Shown in pieces: positions 50,040 through 64,000 of a stretch of 64,000 bases of DNA. Positions within the stretch are counted from its first letter, which is position 1. Each line of letters starts with the position of its first letter. A program made the position numbers and the translations under genes. The notes under the pieces are model-generated. The model was not told the origin of the DNA. It searched no databases and saw only the letters and a list, made by a program, of their open reading frames with translations. Source of the DNA: Tubiluchus corallicola (taxonomy: Eukaryota > Animalia > Priapulida); the NCBI GenBank assembly GCA_030141605.1, contig JAQGDQ010000082.1, positions 62,001 through 126,000 on the forward strand, given 5' to 3'.

Positions 50040-50669
50040 TAGGTTTTATATGTCAAATGTAGACCGACGTTAACTCAAATGTAGATTTAGGTAATTCAAA
50101 TGTGTCTTGGTAACTCAAATGTAGACTTTAGTAGTTCAAATGTGTTAACAATGGTTTTCAAGAAATCTTAAGTGTTTTTGGTAAGTCAAATGTAGACACA
50201 TGTCAAGTTCAATGTGACATTGGTATCTCAAATGTGGATAGGTGTCAAAATAATAACTTTATAGGTCTACTAATAGTTCACTAATATTCTGTAAACTTTA
50301 CATACCATTGGAACTGTTAGAGAAAACAATACATTCTTAAAATAAGCAATGTTTCTTGAGAGAAACTAATTCCTTAATGCAGTGTTAATGCATTACTTAA
50401 AAAACTAATTAGTGATTCACTGTTCATTGGGAAGTGATGCTGCCGATAGCACCATGACCATAAAATATAATTTTAATTTCGTTTTATCTTTTCGTAATTT
50501 GCACTTAAATGAGTTAACTACCGATTTACTGTAAAGTACCGCATCTACATTTGACTTACCTAATTCACATTTGAGTTACAAAAACACATTCAAAATTCCT
50601 AAGTCTACATTTGACTTACCTAAGTCACATTTGAACTTTTCTGTGTCTACATTTGACGTGTAAAACCTA
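50040..50669. mobile_element. 630-bp MITE with TIRs and inverted subterminal ~21-bp repeats
   Basis: TAGGTTTTATATGTCAAATGTAGAC versus reverse complement TAGGTTTTACACGTCAAATGTAGAC; TA (or TATA) flanks both ends; about 8 TCAAATGT motifs on the left arm and 5 ACATTTGA on the right. Confidence 0.85.
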
Positions 50670-51462
50670 TATAAGAAAAAAAACAGAGATGCTCGAAAAT
50701 TATTACATTGATGTTACAGACGTTTATGTATAAATGGCAAAAATTTTAAATCATTCCCTTAAATTTACCGAAGATACAGAAGTTTTAAATCAACAAGTAA
50801 AGATAATGAAAGCCGGAAAAAATTGTGCCCCTATTGTTAAAATTTATAGCGATTGCTTTATGTAGCCATCATCTTCATCATCCTTATTAATATTAACATG
50901 CTAGTTTTAAATGACTCTCTATAAACCCTTTTCATCATTTCTTTCACCAATAACAAATTATGGCATTATTATGCGCGCTATATTATTGGAAAACGCTTTT
51001 CGGAAACCGTGTCAACATCAATTCCAAGCAATTTGCATATCAATATTGTGAAGTATTTCATTTGGAAAACGAGGCGTTTCGAACGCAGCAATCAATCATA
51101 GAAGAGATTGTGATGAAAAGGTTGATATTCTTAGCATATCAGCGTACGCAATATGAAGTCGTTGCTGGTGGCGGTGATGGCAACGGCAATCGCAGCGCTG
51201 GTCGTGCAACTATTTTAAACACAATTTGTTAACCGAACAAAAAGCATTAAACGTATTCATTTTTCTCCAATTTTCTATTAACCAGTAGAGACAAAGGTAA
51301 AGGTGTAACGCTATTGATAAACTGAGGTAAATGTAGTAATAGTGAAGCTAATGTTGTTTTGAAAGTTTTCAGAACAAGTATGACGCCCTTTGACACAAAA
51401 TCAGTGTTGAATATTGAGCAAAGAGTTTGTGATTTCCCAGTTACCATTCTTGAATAAATGCG

Positions 51463-51735
51463 TGAACGAACGAATGAAAGAACGAACGAACGCAAGAACG
51501 AACGAATGGGTGAAAGGACAAGTGAATGAATAAGGGGAATGAATGAAAGAACGAGTGAATGCAGGAAAGAAAGAAAGAAAGAAAGAAAGAAAAAAAGAAA
51601 GAAAGAAAGCATGCATGCATGCATGCATGAATGAATGAATGAATGAATGAATGAATGAATGAATGAATGAATGAATGAATGAATGAATGAATGAATGAAT
51701 GAATGAATGAATGAATGAATGAATGAATAAATGAA
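51463..51735 (+). repeat. Compound (GAAC)/(GAAA)/(GCAT)/(GAAT)n microsatellite
   Basis: Directly visible. Confidence 0.95.
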
Positions 51736-54454
51736 TTTCCAAATAAGCAAGGCAGTACCATCAAATTCAGCTACCACGTGACCTACCTACATTGACTAAA
51801 CATTTTTGTCTTTGGGAAAATCACTGTAACGTGAAATTTTTAAAGTAAAAGTTCATCAAATATTAAGCATCTAAGATTTTACTGATGGGCACCCGCGCAA
51901 AGTTGTGTGAAATGGTGCTACTGCTCAATTTACCCTTGTTGTCTCTACTGTGTAAGTGAATCTGGTGATGGTCAATAACAATCTTCCACTTGAGGGCCAT
52001 TTCCATGCGAAATCGACTTTTAACCCACTAATCACACTTGACGTTCCCCAAGGACCTGTGCTGTTGCCATTACTTTTAAATAAACTGTTCATACGTAAAC
52101 TCAATGTTATTTTGAAATAACGTAATCAAATGATAATGAGGAAAAAGATCATAGCACTGTTGATAATCGAAACAATTGATTAAGAGATCCTTAATAATTA
52201 AAGGATCACCTGCGTGCTTTGGCAGCAAAAGAGTTGTTTTCTGTGGGAGTGCTACGCGAACGTTAACGTACACAGTAGATCGATATGTTTACATCCAATT
52301 GGCAGTGGCTTCTTTCGCAAAATGGCAAGTTAGTAATCTCGACAAAATCAAATAAACATAGAGGCGCTGCTCCCTGCTATTCTGCAGTTAAAAGTTTATT
52401 TTAAGCAGTAAAGCCATGCGTTATTAGATAGATTAAGTCGAGTGCACAGATATGGCCTACTGCCAATACATTTGCCCGGAAAATTAGTCAAAACAAAACT
52501 GGTGTGCTTTAAGAGTAAAAGCAAACTCTTCGGGACAAATTATTAATTTAGTAAGCAATTTTACATAAAGCGAATTTGGACTTTGATTACTAAATACATA
52601 AATTACTAAATAAAATTTACATGAACAACATTTTATTTGCTATTTTTCTTTATAGTGAAGTCTTCGTGAAAGAATTTTCTACTGACTAAAAGCCAAGTAT
52701 GCTTAGCATTCTTTCAGACTTTTGCAGACAACACTTTTACTGTAAGCGACCCGTATTTACGGATTATTTAACCATTATGTCAAAACACAAGACAAAATTG
52801 TTAATATAGTTATCGCACTAGAATCATAATAACGGCAGCACACTAGGGTACGGATTTATTAATAATAATGTCTCTACGTAGGTAGGCTATAAACCCTACA
52901 TTACATTAAGAAATGAAAAGATTGCTTTGTCATTTTTTGCACAAAAGTGAAAGTGAAAATTGAAATCGAAACGATAACATCTTAATAAGTAATTCTTTGC
53001 CTTCTTGACTCAAGGTTGTCAGGTTGTCTTTATTATCACAGCTGTGTATGTATCCAAAATATTTTTCTTGCTCGCTTGGGTTTACCACATTGTCTTCCAA
53101 ATTGACTGAACAAGAATTAAATCGAGCCATGTTCTATAGACTTAATGACATAAGCTGTTAGGGGGTTGCTAATAAGCTAACATAATCTGCGTAGATAAAC
53201 TCATGAACACACGTGCTACATATATGACACATGGGACCCGTACAGGCAGATTGTAGGTAAGATCTCTGAAACAAAGAAGAAAATCGGTGTGAGCGATGAG
53301 TGAGCGAGAGAGAGAGAAAGAGAAAAAGATGGAGAGAACGAGAAGGGGATAGACGGACAGAGAGAATGCGCTTAGGGAGGGAAAGAGGAAAGAACAGAAA
53401 TGGGAAATCAGAGTAACAAATTACAAATTACGAAGCATTCATGCATTTACCGTTGGCACTGCAAACGACACTAAAACATTTCGAAGTCACAGACTGCATG
53501 ACAGGCCCAGAAACGAGCTGCTCTACAGGGTCGGCTTGTTAGAATTATCAAGTTTGGTACACATTACTATTTCAGACTCTTTGTTGACATATTGTGTGAT
53601 CATTGGATGGTGTACGCTTTAATTTTCACACAAACCACATGGTTTTGGTAAGATTGGGATTCTGAACACCTTCCAGACAATTTCGACCTTCGAGGCCGTT
53701 CCTATCTTAATAACAGTCATCAGTTAGTCAGTGATTTACCCAGCAGAGGCTATAAAACTGGGAAAGACGTGCAATAAAGAGTAAGTTATGATGTCCTCAC
53801 AGCTGAGGTGTTTCCCATTTCAGTTTCTAGAGCACGGATTCTTGCAAGATGCAAGAAAATCTTGAGACTTTGTTCACTGCGACGATAATTTGTGAAGACT
53901 TGCAATTAATAAAAAATCTTTTATAAAAGACATCATTACAAAATGCTTATAATAAATTATTTAAATATGCAACTTAATGTAAATAGATATCAATATTTCC
54001 ACATTTCGTGCGCCTTATACGGAAGCTTACCCATAATATTCATCGACAACTTTGACAAAGATGTTGAAAAAACAACCAGTTGTCAAAACAGTGACAACTG
54101 CAGTAACCGCAGCAGCAATGACGGCAACAGCAACTGTTACACCAATAACAAATGGCGGCAACAATGAGAACTATTACTGCAAGTGAGTATATTTATGGCA
54201 CTGCTAGTGAAGGACAAAGAATAATACAAAGCGATTGAATCCAACAGTGCGAAGATTGCGTTTGGCCGTAGGAGTGAAAAAAATGAAAACAAGAAAAAGA
54301 ATCGGGTCAGTGTGACGCTATTGTATAGAATAAAGACTAAACAAATTAAGGAAGAAACACGAGTGATGAAAAATTAGACAACAAACAACTGAATAAATGT
54401 ACATATGAACATATGAAAAAAATGAATGAACATTACCAAATTTTTCAGTTAATT

Positions 54455-54580
54455 TAGTCAGTTAGTCGGTCAATCAATCAATCGTCAGTACGTCAGTCAA
54501 TCAATCTTTTAGTCAGTCAGTCAGTCAGTTAGTCAGTCAGCCACTCAGCCTGTCAGCCAGCCAGGAAGCCAGTCAGTCGG
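54455..54580 (+). repeat. (GTCA)/(ATCA)/(GCCA)n degenerate microsatellite
   Basis: Directly visible. Confidence 0.85.
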
Positions 54581-56069
54581 TTATTCAAACAATTAAAAAC
54601 AATGCGAAACTTGAGGGAATAGAAACAACAATAAAGGAAATACTGAAAGAATGCGTATTACCTATAATAATACCATTAGAGGACTCTTTAACTTCCTAGT
54701 CGCTGTAGTGCAAGCCAAATGTATGTTAGCTATAATGTACCAAGTTTTTTTTTGCATACGTAGGAAAGCTGCATTTAGTCTCAAAAGCAGACTGTTTTTG
54801 GGTCTGAATATTATTAACTTACTGTACAATGCTGATACAATTTTTAGATCGAACATTTTTAAGTTGCGGCAAAGAATTTTATTTACCCATTCTAACAAAC
54901 CCTGTTTTGTATAATAAGTTTGTGTAAACTGTGTTTTTACTTGTGCCTTATTTTTATTTGTGCGACGGACTGTAAATGTCTGAAATAAAATAAATAATAA
55001 TAATAATATATGAAAAAGCGACGGAATAAAAAATACATAAAATAAAACAGACATACAAACGATAAAAAGACAGGAAAGGTCAGTGGGAGAGCTTAAAGTC
55101 AGTGCCGCTATAATTTTCCTGTTTCATTCACACGCCACCGATTCGTCAATTTCTCTAGCAAATACAACAAAACTGTTCGCCACATTGACACTGATTGATT
55201 GTAGTTAACAGGAAATTTGACAAGTGCAACTGTCAAACGTGTCTGCCATTTCAATCGAAGAAATAATCATTTAGGTGTTGTGAGACTTTTGCTACTACGT
55301 AACTACGACAAGTCACAGTCATGGAAAGGATCTTAGAAAAGTACCAGTGTTTATTGCACCCTAAAATTCATTCATATTTTTGTAACTTGTAAAGATTAGT
55401 TTTCAATATTCTTGTTGTTATGAGCATTGAAAACATAATTGCATAAAGTTACCGGCTTTCTTCTTTTTCTTTCTCTTGTTCTTTTTCAAGATGAAATACT
55501 CTGGTTTTTCCAAGATGTTATTCTATTATTTAGTTATTTTGTTTAACGACTTTCTTATTAAAACGCTGTTTCACGAAGAAATGCACGAAGAGATCATTTA
55601 GATCTAATTTCAGAATTCACAACTTTCGCATCAAAACTTATTTATCTCAAATATAGAATGAACCATGCACAATGTGCACTATATTTTTCTTGCAAAATCT
55701 ATTACTTCTTTGTTCTCTTTGTTTGTTCTATTCTTCAAATCCAAACAGCACAAAAGTCACATTGAAGCAACTGAGTTTCAATAGAATAAAGTAGTGCCTA
55801 GCGGCCCATCACGTTGTTAAACATAAAAACACACTTTCTGTAAGATCACATTACCTTCTAATATGGTGGACTACACAATAAGAAATGACAAGATGAAATA
55901 ACTACATCGCAATATCCAAGGGACAGCCATTTCAGGAGCTGCAGCGATGCTATTCTGCTAATCACACAACGAGAAAGAAAATAAGTGACGCAACTAAAAT
56001 TTGACTTCTCTGTCTCCCTCTCTTTGTCTCTCTCATTTTCTTTCTCCTTCTGTCATTCTGAAAACAAAC

Positions 56070-56130
56070 GGTGAGTGAGTGTGAGTGAGTGAGCGAGTGT
56101 ATGAGTGAGTGTGTGAGTGAATGAGTGCAC
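56070..56130 (+). repeat. (GTGA)n microsatellite
   Basis: Directly visible. Confidence 0.85.
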
Positions 56131-59008
56131 GAAGGGGTGAATAAGCCGTGCGGTAGAGCGAGTAAGTCTATCTACATTAATAGACAAGACTAACATGAAT
56201 TATTTTCTCCAAAATGTGGTTGAGCTGCTGTAAAAGATATTTTTGCCAAATATCAACGTGTGATATTTTGAAGAGAAGATAATTTGTACGTAGTATGCAT
56301 CTCTAAAGGAAAAGTTAATAAGCAGGTGTGTGTGTGTGGCAGTGTGGGGACTCATTCCCAGCCGTTTAACAGTTAATAGAGCTCTTTGTATCTAGTGTCA
56401 ACAAATTCAGCTGTATAAATAATTGCTAGAAGTAATAATGGCCAGTATTTGCACGCGTGCATTACTTTATATAGCGCGCAACGACACACAATATCTAATC
56501 ATAATATCGCTATTTAATCAGCGTTTAACTATTGATTAGTCGACATCGATAAGAAGTACTGATCTGAGCTGAGTTGTTTACAGGTAGGATAGTTTTCGTC
56601 ATCTGTTTGCACTTGGTGGTTAACATCGGATCGAATCGAATCGAATCGGATCACGAGAAAAGTAATGCATGATGAATATGGTGACCACCATAACACAAGG
56701 CAGTCAAAGATGGTGATGGTGGTTATAATGATAATAACGATGGCGATTACGAAACGATAACGATAACGACAATGATGTTGGTTTAACAAAGAGTCTGATG
56801 TTGGCAATAGTAAAACGGTAGTATGATAATGAAAATGATGGTCGAGATCATAATAATGATAATTTATTTGTAAAGCGCATAAAGTGGCACTTATTGTCAT
56901 CAGATGCGCTACAAAACAGGTCTACAGTTAAGAATATGAGCATACAGTAAAAATTCACAAGTCAACTAATTAAACGATTTAGTAAAAAAACAGGCTTTAT
57001 GACTCATAATACTCATAAGACTCATAGTTGAACGTTACAGTAAAAAGATGTTTTAAAACTCATTTTAAAACGGTTTGAATCAGTAATAGAAAAGAATTAA
57101 TAGTATTATACCATTATATCAATAATTAATGGCGAGTAATACACTGATGATAACGACTATAGTGATGATGGTGATGATGCTGATAGCATAAGTGGCACTA
57201 TGGCTGTCGCTCATAGCAATGATGATGATCATGGCAACGTTCACGACAACGACCAAGATGGTCGTAATAAAAAGGACCATGATGAGAACATGTAGTGATG
57301 ATGTTGATGATGATGACAACGAAGAGAGTCCGGTTGCCATAGTCTTGCGTGCCATACATGTACTGGATAAATTGCCAGACACTAAAGTCTGCATTATCAG
57401 ATACCAAAGAACCTAATATAGAAAGAAATAAAAACGCCTATTTTGTTTTATTTTATTATTTTAAATTTATTTCTTACATTTAGCAGTACATAGTATTATA
57501 TAAAAAAACTTAAAACACTCAGCTAGACTATAAAAATTACAATAGAAACTAATAAAATGGTTTACACATATACATATGCATGTATTATACAAGTATTTAT
57601 TCAGTATAATAATTTCGGGGCAATATAAGACATAATAACAGTTGGTGAGATTAGCTGCACCACGCAATAAAGTTCGGCTTTTTTCACGCAATAAATAATT
57701 ATTAATTTAACAATTTATTCAGTTTACTTAAAATTTCTTTACGCATATAAAATCCATGTGGCATGAACGTGGACGAGCCACGACTGCGAGGAACACCTTG
57801 TGGACGAGTACCTCTTTATTGCATGCATTCCGGCTGACGTACCGCGAGCGCTCCACGTAGAGTTGGTTAATTTCTAAAACCTTGCCAAAAACGTTTTTGC
57901 TCATTATTTAAACTATTATGACTGCCCATTTAATGATCGATGAAGTCTCCTGTTGCTCTCACATCCCTCATTTCAAATTTAGGTTTTTGCACCTTTCCAG
58001 AACACCTGTAGGTTGCCTGGGTCTGTATCGAGAGGTTTCTGTTGTGTTACACAAATGAATCAATAATGTATGGGCTAACCTTTGAGTAACCTTGTGCGAT
58101 AATGGTAAATGAATTTCTGTAAATATTATTTAAGAATCGACTATTGAATCGATTAAACTGCATATTTTCTGCAGACGAATATCTGCATAATGCACCAGTT
58201 GAGTTTTCCTGCAGGTGATATTGGTTGTTACAGAAGATCTGCTATTACAGTTTATCCTAAGAGACAGTTTATTGGATATGGAAAACTAGAAATGTGCACG
58301 AAAGCTGCCACTACGGTTTGGTCGGAGAGCAAGCTTACTGGTAAACCGCAGATCTGCAAAGTATGCATCAAATTGCTGGAACAACGATTTTTATTGGCTT
58401 GGCAGAAAGAAATGATTTAATTCACAGAGTAGTTATGGTATACTTTAACAACCATAGTTAAACAACATGAAACTTGATAAGAGTAGGGTGGGTGACAGCC
58501 GACTGTTTCTGGGCGGTGTCCTTTGTCATGTTACCATGGCCAAAGACGATGTATGCGCATCTAAACGACATCTCTGTCACTTAAATGAATATCTTAACTA
58601 CCTCTGCCATTCTTCAATGAAAGTTTTTAGTAAATCGCTACATTCCGAGCGTGTCACAAGCATAGCAGTCAGCCTTGCCGTTAAGAACTGTGCTTGCAGA
58701 CAACTGAACTCTATAAAAAAATGATCGCCTTCTGTTTTAGAGACTACTTCGCGGCTGTTGGTAGTTTATAAGCCTTATTTTTATAAGTTTGGTTTTAATA
58801 TGTATTGCAGCTTCTCTTAAACATTTCAGCACATACGTCAATTTATCTCGATTTCTAAAGAATTTTTCGTAATTACTTGTCCTACGTGTTCTCCCGTTCA
58901 CATTGAAATATTTTACTCATATGATTAGTCAAACACGCTCAAATTTGTTCCATCTCTAATCCCTATTTCAAACTTGTGATTAACTGTCCCATGTATTTAG
59001 CATTTCTT

Positions 59009-59099
59009 GTAAGTAAGCAAGCAAGCAAGCAAGCAAGAAAGCAAGTAAGCAAGTAAGTAAGTAAGTAAAAAAGCAAGTAAGTAAGTAAGTATGTAAGTA

Positions 59100-59149
<50 letters not shown>

Positions 59150-59170
59150 AAAGCAAGTAAGCAAGTAAGC

Positions 59171-59244
<74 letters not shown>

Positions 59245-59262
59245 CATCTTTAGTAAGTAAAA
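59009..59262 (+). repeat. (AAGT)n/(AAGC)n microsatellite
   Basis: Directly visible. Confidence 0.97.
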
Positions 59263-60135
59263 ACATTTAAGTAACAGGTAAACGTTGAAACGGTTTACTC
59301 AGATGATTACTCAAACGGTTTTGAGCTAGTTGTACGACGAAAAAACATGACCAGAAACTCGTAATCGATTATTCTACGCGTATATGAATTTCTTGGGACT
59401 GTAACAACATGACGTGTTCAAAGATTTTTTGACAGTGTCTCACTTCTGGCTTAAACTGGTCTGAGAAAACAAAACCAGATGTACAGAGACAAGCTGAGCA
59501 AGCTATTCGAATTAACTGTCTTGTTGTGAATAGGCTAGTTTACATTCTCTTCATCTCGCAACACAATTATCTCTCGCATTCTCGCTTGCAAGGAAAACCA
59601 TTTCCTCCTCGTTTACGTAGAGATGTTGAGTAAACAACATTTCCTCAATGCGCTGTCAGACATGGCTTCGAGTATGATCCATGCAAAAACGGCAAAGAAC
59701 AATTATTACTAGGCATAAGAGTAGTAATGGCAACAGTAAAAATAACAATGATGAGAGGAATTGTTATTATTCGTCTCTTGTTGAGAAAACATAAACGCAA
59801 AAATTCAGCCTTCTAATTACAGAGTAAAATTCACTCGTTGTTACTCATATTATATAACAGTTAGTTACAGATAAACACATGTACATAAAATTTATCAATA
59901 TTGTTTACTATTATTATTATTATTATTATATTATTATTCTTATTATTGTACTAATATTATTATATTTGTATGTAATTTTTTTACATTTATGAACAACGAC
60001 CAACGTACGTATGCATGCCAACAGTGCATGTGTGAACATGGAGAACGAGCTATAGAATCAGATTATCTAAACTTAAATTAAATATCCTCGCAAATGTGCT
60101 AGGTAATTACAAACATAACTTGGCCTTTTCCTAGT

Positions 60136-60136
<1 letters not shown>

Positions 60137-60184
<48 letters not shown>

Positions 60185-60193
60185 AGAAAGAAA
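60137..60193 (+). repeat. (GA)n microsatellite
   Basis: Directly visible. Confidence 0.95.
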
Positions 60194-61239
60194 GACTGGA
60201 TGACTAAGGGGGTGATTGCATGAGAGAAAGAAATGCTACTACTGCTGCTGTTGTTAGTGACGCTGCTTTTGCTGCTGTAAGACTTGCTGTAGTTGTTGCA
60301 GAAGTAAAGTCACATAATCAGAAGCAGCAACAACAATAGTAACAGTAAGCAACAATATTTGAAGTGAGGGTTTTAGCGTTGTGGTTTAACTGTAGTAGAC
60401 AATGTGCTAAACAATAGAAGTTAAGAATAACACCGAAGCTGATCTGATCACTGAACGGATGGGTGAACAGCTTCGGTTCTCACTCAGAGTTTATTCGCTG
60501 TACTGATTCTGGCTGTTTGCCTCATACAAGGGGGATGAGCTAGCTAACGTAGCTAACACACCACTGCCGGTTTAGTGGCTGATCTTACAGGCGTAGCCTT
60601 GATAATGTGTAAGATCCTGGTCGCGCAATTAAAATCATCCAAATTAATAAACCTTCCCACCGCAACACAATTGTTGTCATCGCCATTTGATACCCATATC
60701 CTCTTCCACTTAAGTGTATGTTATTTTGTGACAATACTTTTCTTGAATCATACAGCGCTTAAAACCAAATTCAAGTCTATACCTATGCTACTCGACAATG
60801 CTAAAACGCATGTCCATAACTGTGTTGATATAATTCTATCGCCGAGTGTCTTCGATCTTTAGCGTCTCCAGCGACAGAAGAGAGCTGACACGAAACCATA
60901 CTGCCTAAGTGTAGCATACATTAACAGAAGAAGCCAGAGGAGCATATGCTGCTGAAACAGTGGTGACGCATTACTATTTGAAGCCATATCGGTTTTTGTG
61001 CTTGAATAAACAATAGTGAAAAAAGTTATTAGACGGTAAAGGTATGTTGATATAGGTTGATAACAATTTTATCATTAAATTAATTATTATTAGTTGAGTT
61101 TGTAGAACGAACTTTTGGGACAGCCGGCCTCCTGCCCTCGTGTTCATTTATAAAAAAACCAAGGCCCCAAGAACACCAATGGGCAATGAAGCTAAGACAC
61201 TGCAGTAAAATATTGTTCAGAATTTATTTAAGCACTTTG

Positions 61240-61320
61240 CTAGCGACCAGGCTTTGCATTTGGTTGGCAATATGAAGGTAAAGGTCCTGGGTTCAATTTT
61301 CAACAAAGCACTAATTTTTC
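61240..61320 (+). mobile_element. Possible degenerate tRNA-derived SINE head
   Basis: AAGGTCCTGGGTTCAA box-B/T-arm-like motif followed by CACTAATTTTT; box A poor. Confidence 0.3.
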
Positions 61321-61949
61321 ACCAGTATCAGTTCAACAAATTTTACATTTTGGATAGTAGTCTGAATTATTAGTAAGTATGAGATGCGTACTCTGTATAC
61401 TACAGCTAGACGTATTTTGAAAACTGCGCATAAAATGTGCTCTTTAGAAACCGCTTCTATAGAAAATTATCTAGAAATGCATCTCCGATTAATACGAATA
61501 CTAAACTTCATATATATATATATATAAAGTTTAGTATTATATGAAGTTATATAATGAAGAAACATATATAATATAAACCAGAAATTGCTGGTAGAAGCGT
61601 ACAGTATTACAATAATATACTAATAAGACAATAAACGGCATAGACGAATTCTCCCGTAATAAACATACATTATTGTTTGGCTGCATTCACTATATTGACA
61701 TCATCCTTTTATATCATTCGTTCGTGGTCGTAATTTTATCGTCAGAAGCTTCTGTTATTGCGTGTATTTTACACTTTTCCTGGTAACGCTAATGTGTTCT
61801 GGCCGTTAAAACCACCAAAAGTTTGACTAATTTATGAAACACTAAAAGCAGTGCAACATAACAGTTATTACGAGGCTCTAATTAATTGAATTATTTTGAT
61901 GAAATACTCGCCATTAATGTGACCAGCAAAAGAGACTAAATGCAAAATG

Positions 61950-62165
61950 CACCACCACCACCGCCGTCGCTGCCGCCACCACAACCACCACCTCCACCAC
62001 CATCACCGCTATCACCATCACCAGAATCACCATCACCATCACCATCACCATTACCATCAACACCACCAACACCACCATCATCATAATCACCATTCACCAT
62101 CATCGTCATCGTCGCCGTCATCACCATCATTATTATCGTTGCTGCCGTTTTTTATATCGTCGTAA
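61950..62165 (+). repeat. (CAC/CAT/CGT)n degenerate trinucleotide repeat
   Basis: Directly visible. Confidence 0.9.
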
Positions 62166-62740
62166 TCGTTATCTTAATCATGCGTGTTTTTTCCGTTTTT
62201 GGCGTTTTAAACTGGTCGCGCTTATGCGTGCGGTGGTGGTTACGCTGCTACTACTACAACTGCTGCTGTTGCTGTAGTAACATCTATTTCTGCAGCTATT
62301 GCCGTTATAATGTTCCACTGTGATAGATCATCATCATATTACAGTGTAATTAAAAACATATATAAAACATTGTGAAGAAAGAGATGCACCAAAAATGTAT
62401 GGAATAACACATGAACTGACGTTTTTATAATGACACATTTTCAATCACATCAGTAGGGAAGTTATTGTAATACAATAAAATACTTGAAAACCCAGCCATA
62501 TAGACTTACAAGTAAATGTAATTTACTTACAAGATCATACAGGAGCTTAACGTTGATCCTGTAACACAAAATCAAATTCAGTATCGGATAATATATGCGG
62601 TTTAATGGCACTTTTTATTTTTGTAAAAATATGAGTTTTTTTAACTACTAACCGCTATTGTTTTTTCTTGTTATTTATTAACACAACTAACCAATGAATC
62701 TATTGTACTTCAGTAATTCGAAATAAATCATATATGTAAC

Positions 62741-63044
62741 TAGGGATGGATTACAACCTTTTGGGGACCCTAAGTTAATGGGACCCAGATGGAGCTACTC
62801 TCTAATTACTTCCCACTCGAATATTTTTTCTGGTGATATATTTCAGCAATATTTGCTGAAACAAAGATCCTTTCTCCCAAATGAGGAGCCATTTTAAAAT
62901 TGGATTTTCAGACTTCCTGGTCTCCTTTTTTAAAGTTGAAATGAATTATTCAGCAATGCGAAGTGTGGGCCCCACAGCTTGAGGGGCCGCACAGAGCCGC
63001 CTTAGCCTGCAGCCTCTACTAGCCCATAGGGTAATCCAGCCCTG
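62741..63044 (+). mobile_element. hAT-type MITE, ~300 bp
   Basis: TIRs TAGGGATGGATTAC and GTAATCCAGCCCTG with GGGACCC/GGGCCC subterminal motifs; no intact 8-bp TSD. Confidence 0.7.
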
Positions 63045-64000
63045 TACACAGCCCGCAATAATGGACATGTCGTGACCGTAGTAACATTGCTACAACTGGG
63101 TTTTGAATCAATAAATCATCAGTTTATTAAATACTCAACAAATAAACAAAGCAGCTTATAACTGCGCTATCTACGCTAGCTTTATCAAAATCCCCACTGA
63201 CCTTATTAGAATCTCAAGGTAAGTGAAAGCCTGTCGTACGGTAACTTAATTGCAAAGTTTCTTTTAGCAAATTCCAATTACAGCTTATACTTCAAACACG
63301 TGCTGACACAAGTGTTGTATAAATGGGAAAAATGCTTCTTCCCATGAAGTTTGCCATTAGCGTGTAGTGTTCAGTAGTAACAGTTGTGCTTCGATGTTAG
63401 TTACGTTAACAATCTGAGAAGGGCGCAGTTACGATTGCTTAATTAGGTTCATTCAGCCAGTCAAGAGGCTGTTTAGCAAGGAAATGGTCTTGTGAAAGTT
63501 GTGAAAATCGCATAAACGAGCGTGAAATTCTATTCCCTGTAAACTTTAGTGGCGACATTCGCGCTATTACTGAGGTGACATTCGAGGTTGTTAGGAACTG
63601 ATCGTCAATTTCGATTGATCGTATGCGCCCTCAACTGTCCTTAAAAAAGGCTAAAGACATGGTAACTGTGCTAAAATCTGTTTCTAACAAACGTAGATTT
63701 TTTCAGTTTGTCAATTTATTTCAGCTAAAAGCCATATACAAATATAATCACACATACAATAAAATTTAAACTATACCGCACAATGTTAAAAATTTGTAAC
63801 TGAAAAAATCACATAAAATTAGACATCAAGTTAAAAAATTCATATACAAAGTAAAAGTTATCCTGTACGCAGAGGTTATATAATTAAACCTGATAAAAGT
63901 ACCTTGGGCCAGTGCAACACGAAGTTTGACTTATATCATACGTTTGATACATTAAGAAAACCACAAATAATGAAATTATTACTTTTTTCGTTGATTCTTG

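Noticed and set aside
58190-58724. Two adjacent plus-strand ORFs
   Set aside because: No recognisable motifs in the frames read and no consistent splice structure.

Overview
AT-rich, microsatellite-dense eukaryotic DNA with spliceosomal GT-AG introns, most likely from an invertebrate animal (taxon not determinable from sequence). The only solid protein-coding feature is a minus-strand gene with five phase-compatible exons (7992 to 1272, 339 codons) encoding CUB - LDL-receptor class A - trypsin-family (S1) domains. It keeps the R/IVGG activation site and the catalytic Asp, but the catalytic His is Gln (TAAQC), so it is probably a non-catalytic serine protease homolog. Its Ser195 exon lies left of the window and its N-terminal coding exon could not be identified. 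The remaining ~50 kb has no recognisable host coding exons. It holds decayed mobile elements (CR1/L2-type LINE, Penelope-like remnants with hammerhead-like termini, a 4-5 copy TTAA-bounded element, several MITEs, tRNA- and 5S-derived SINE heads), a hierarchical 21-bp minisatellite, long simple repeats, promoter-like motif clusters and candidate spliced non-coding or micro-ORF exons. No CRISPR array, intact tRNA/rRNA gene or prokaryotic system was seen, and I found no demonstrable new biological system. All homology calls are by eye and need database confirmation.
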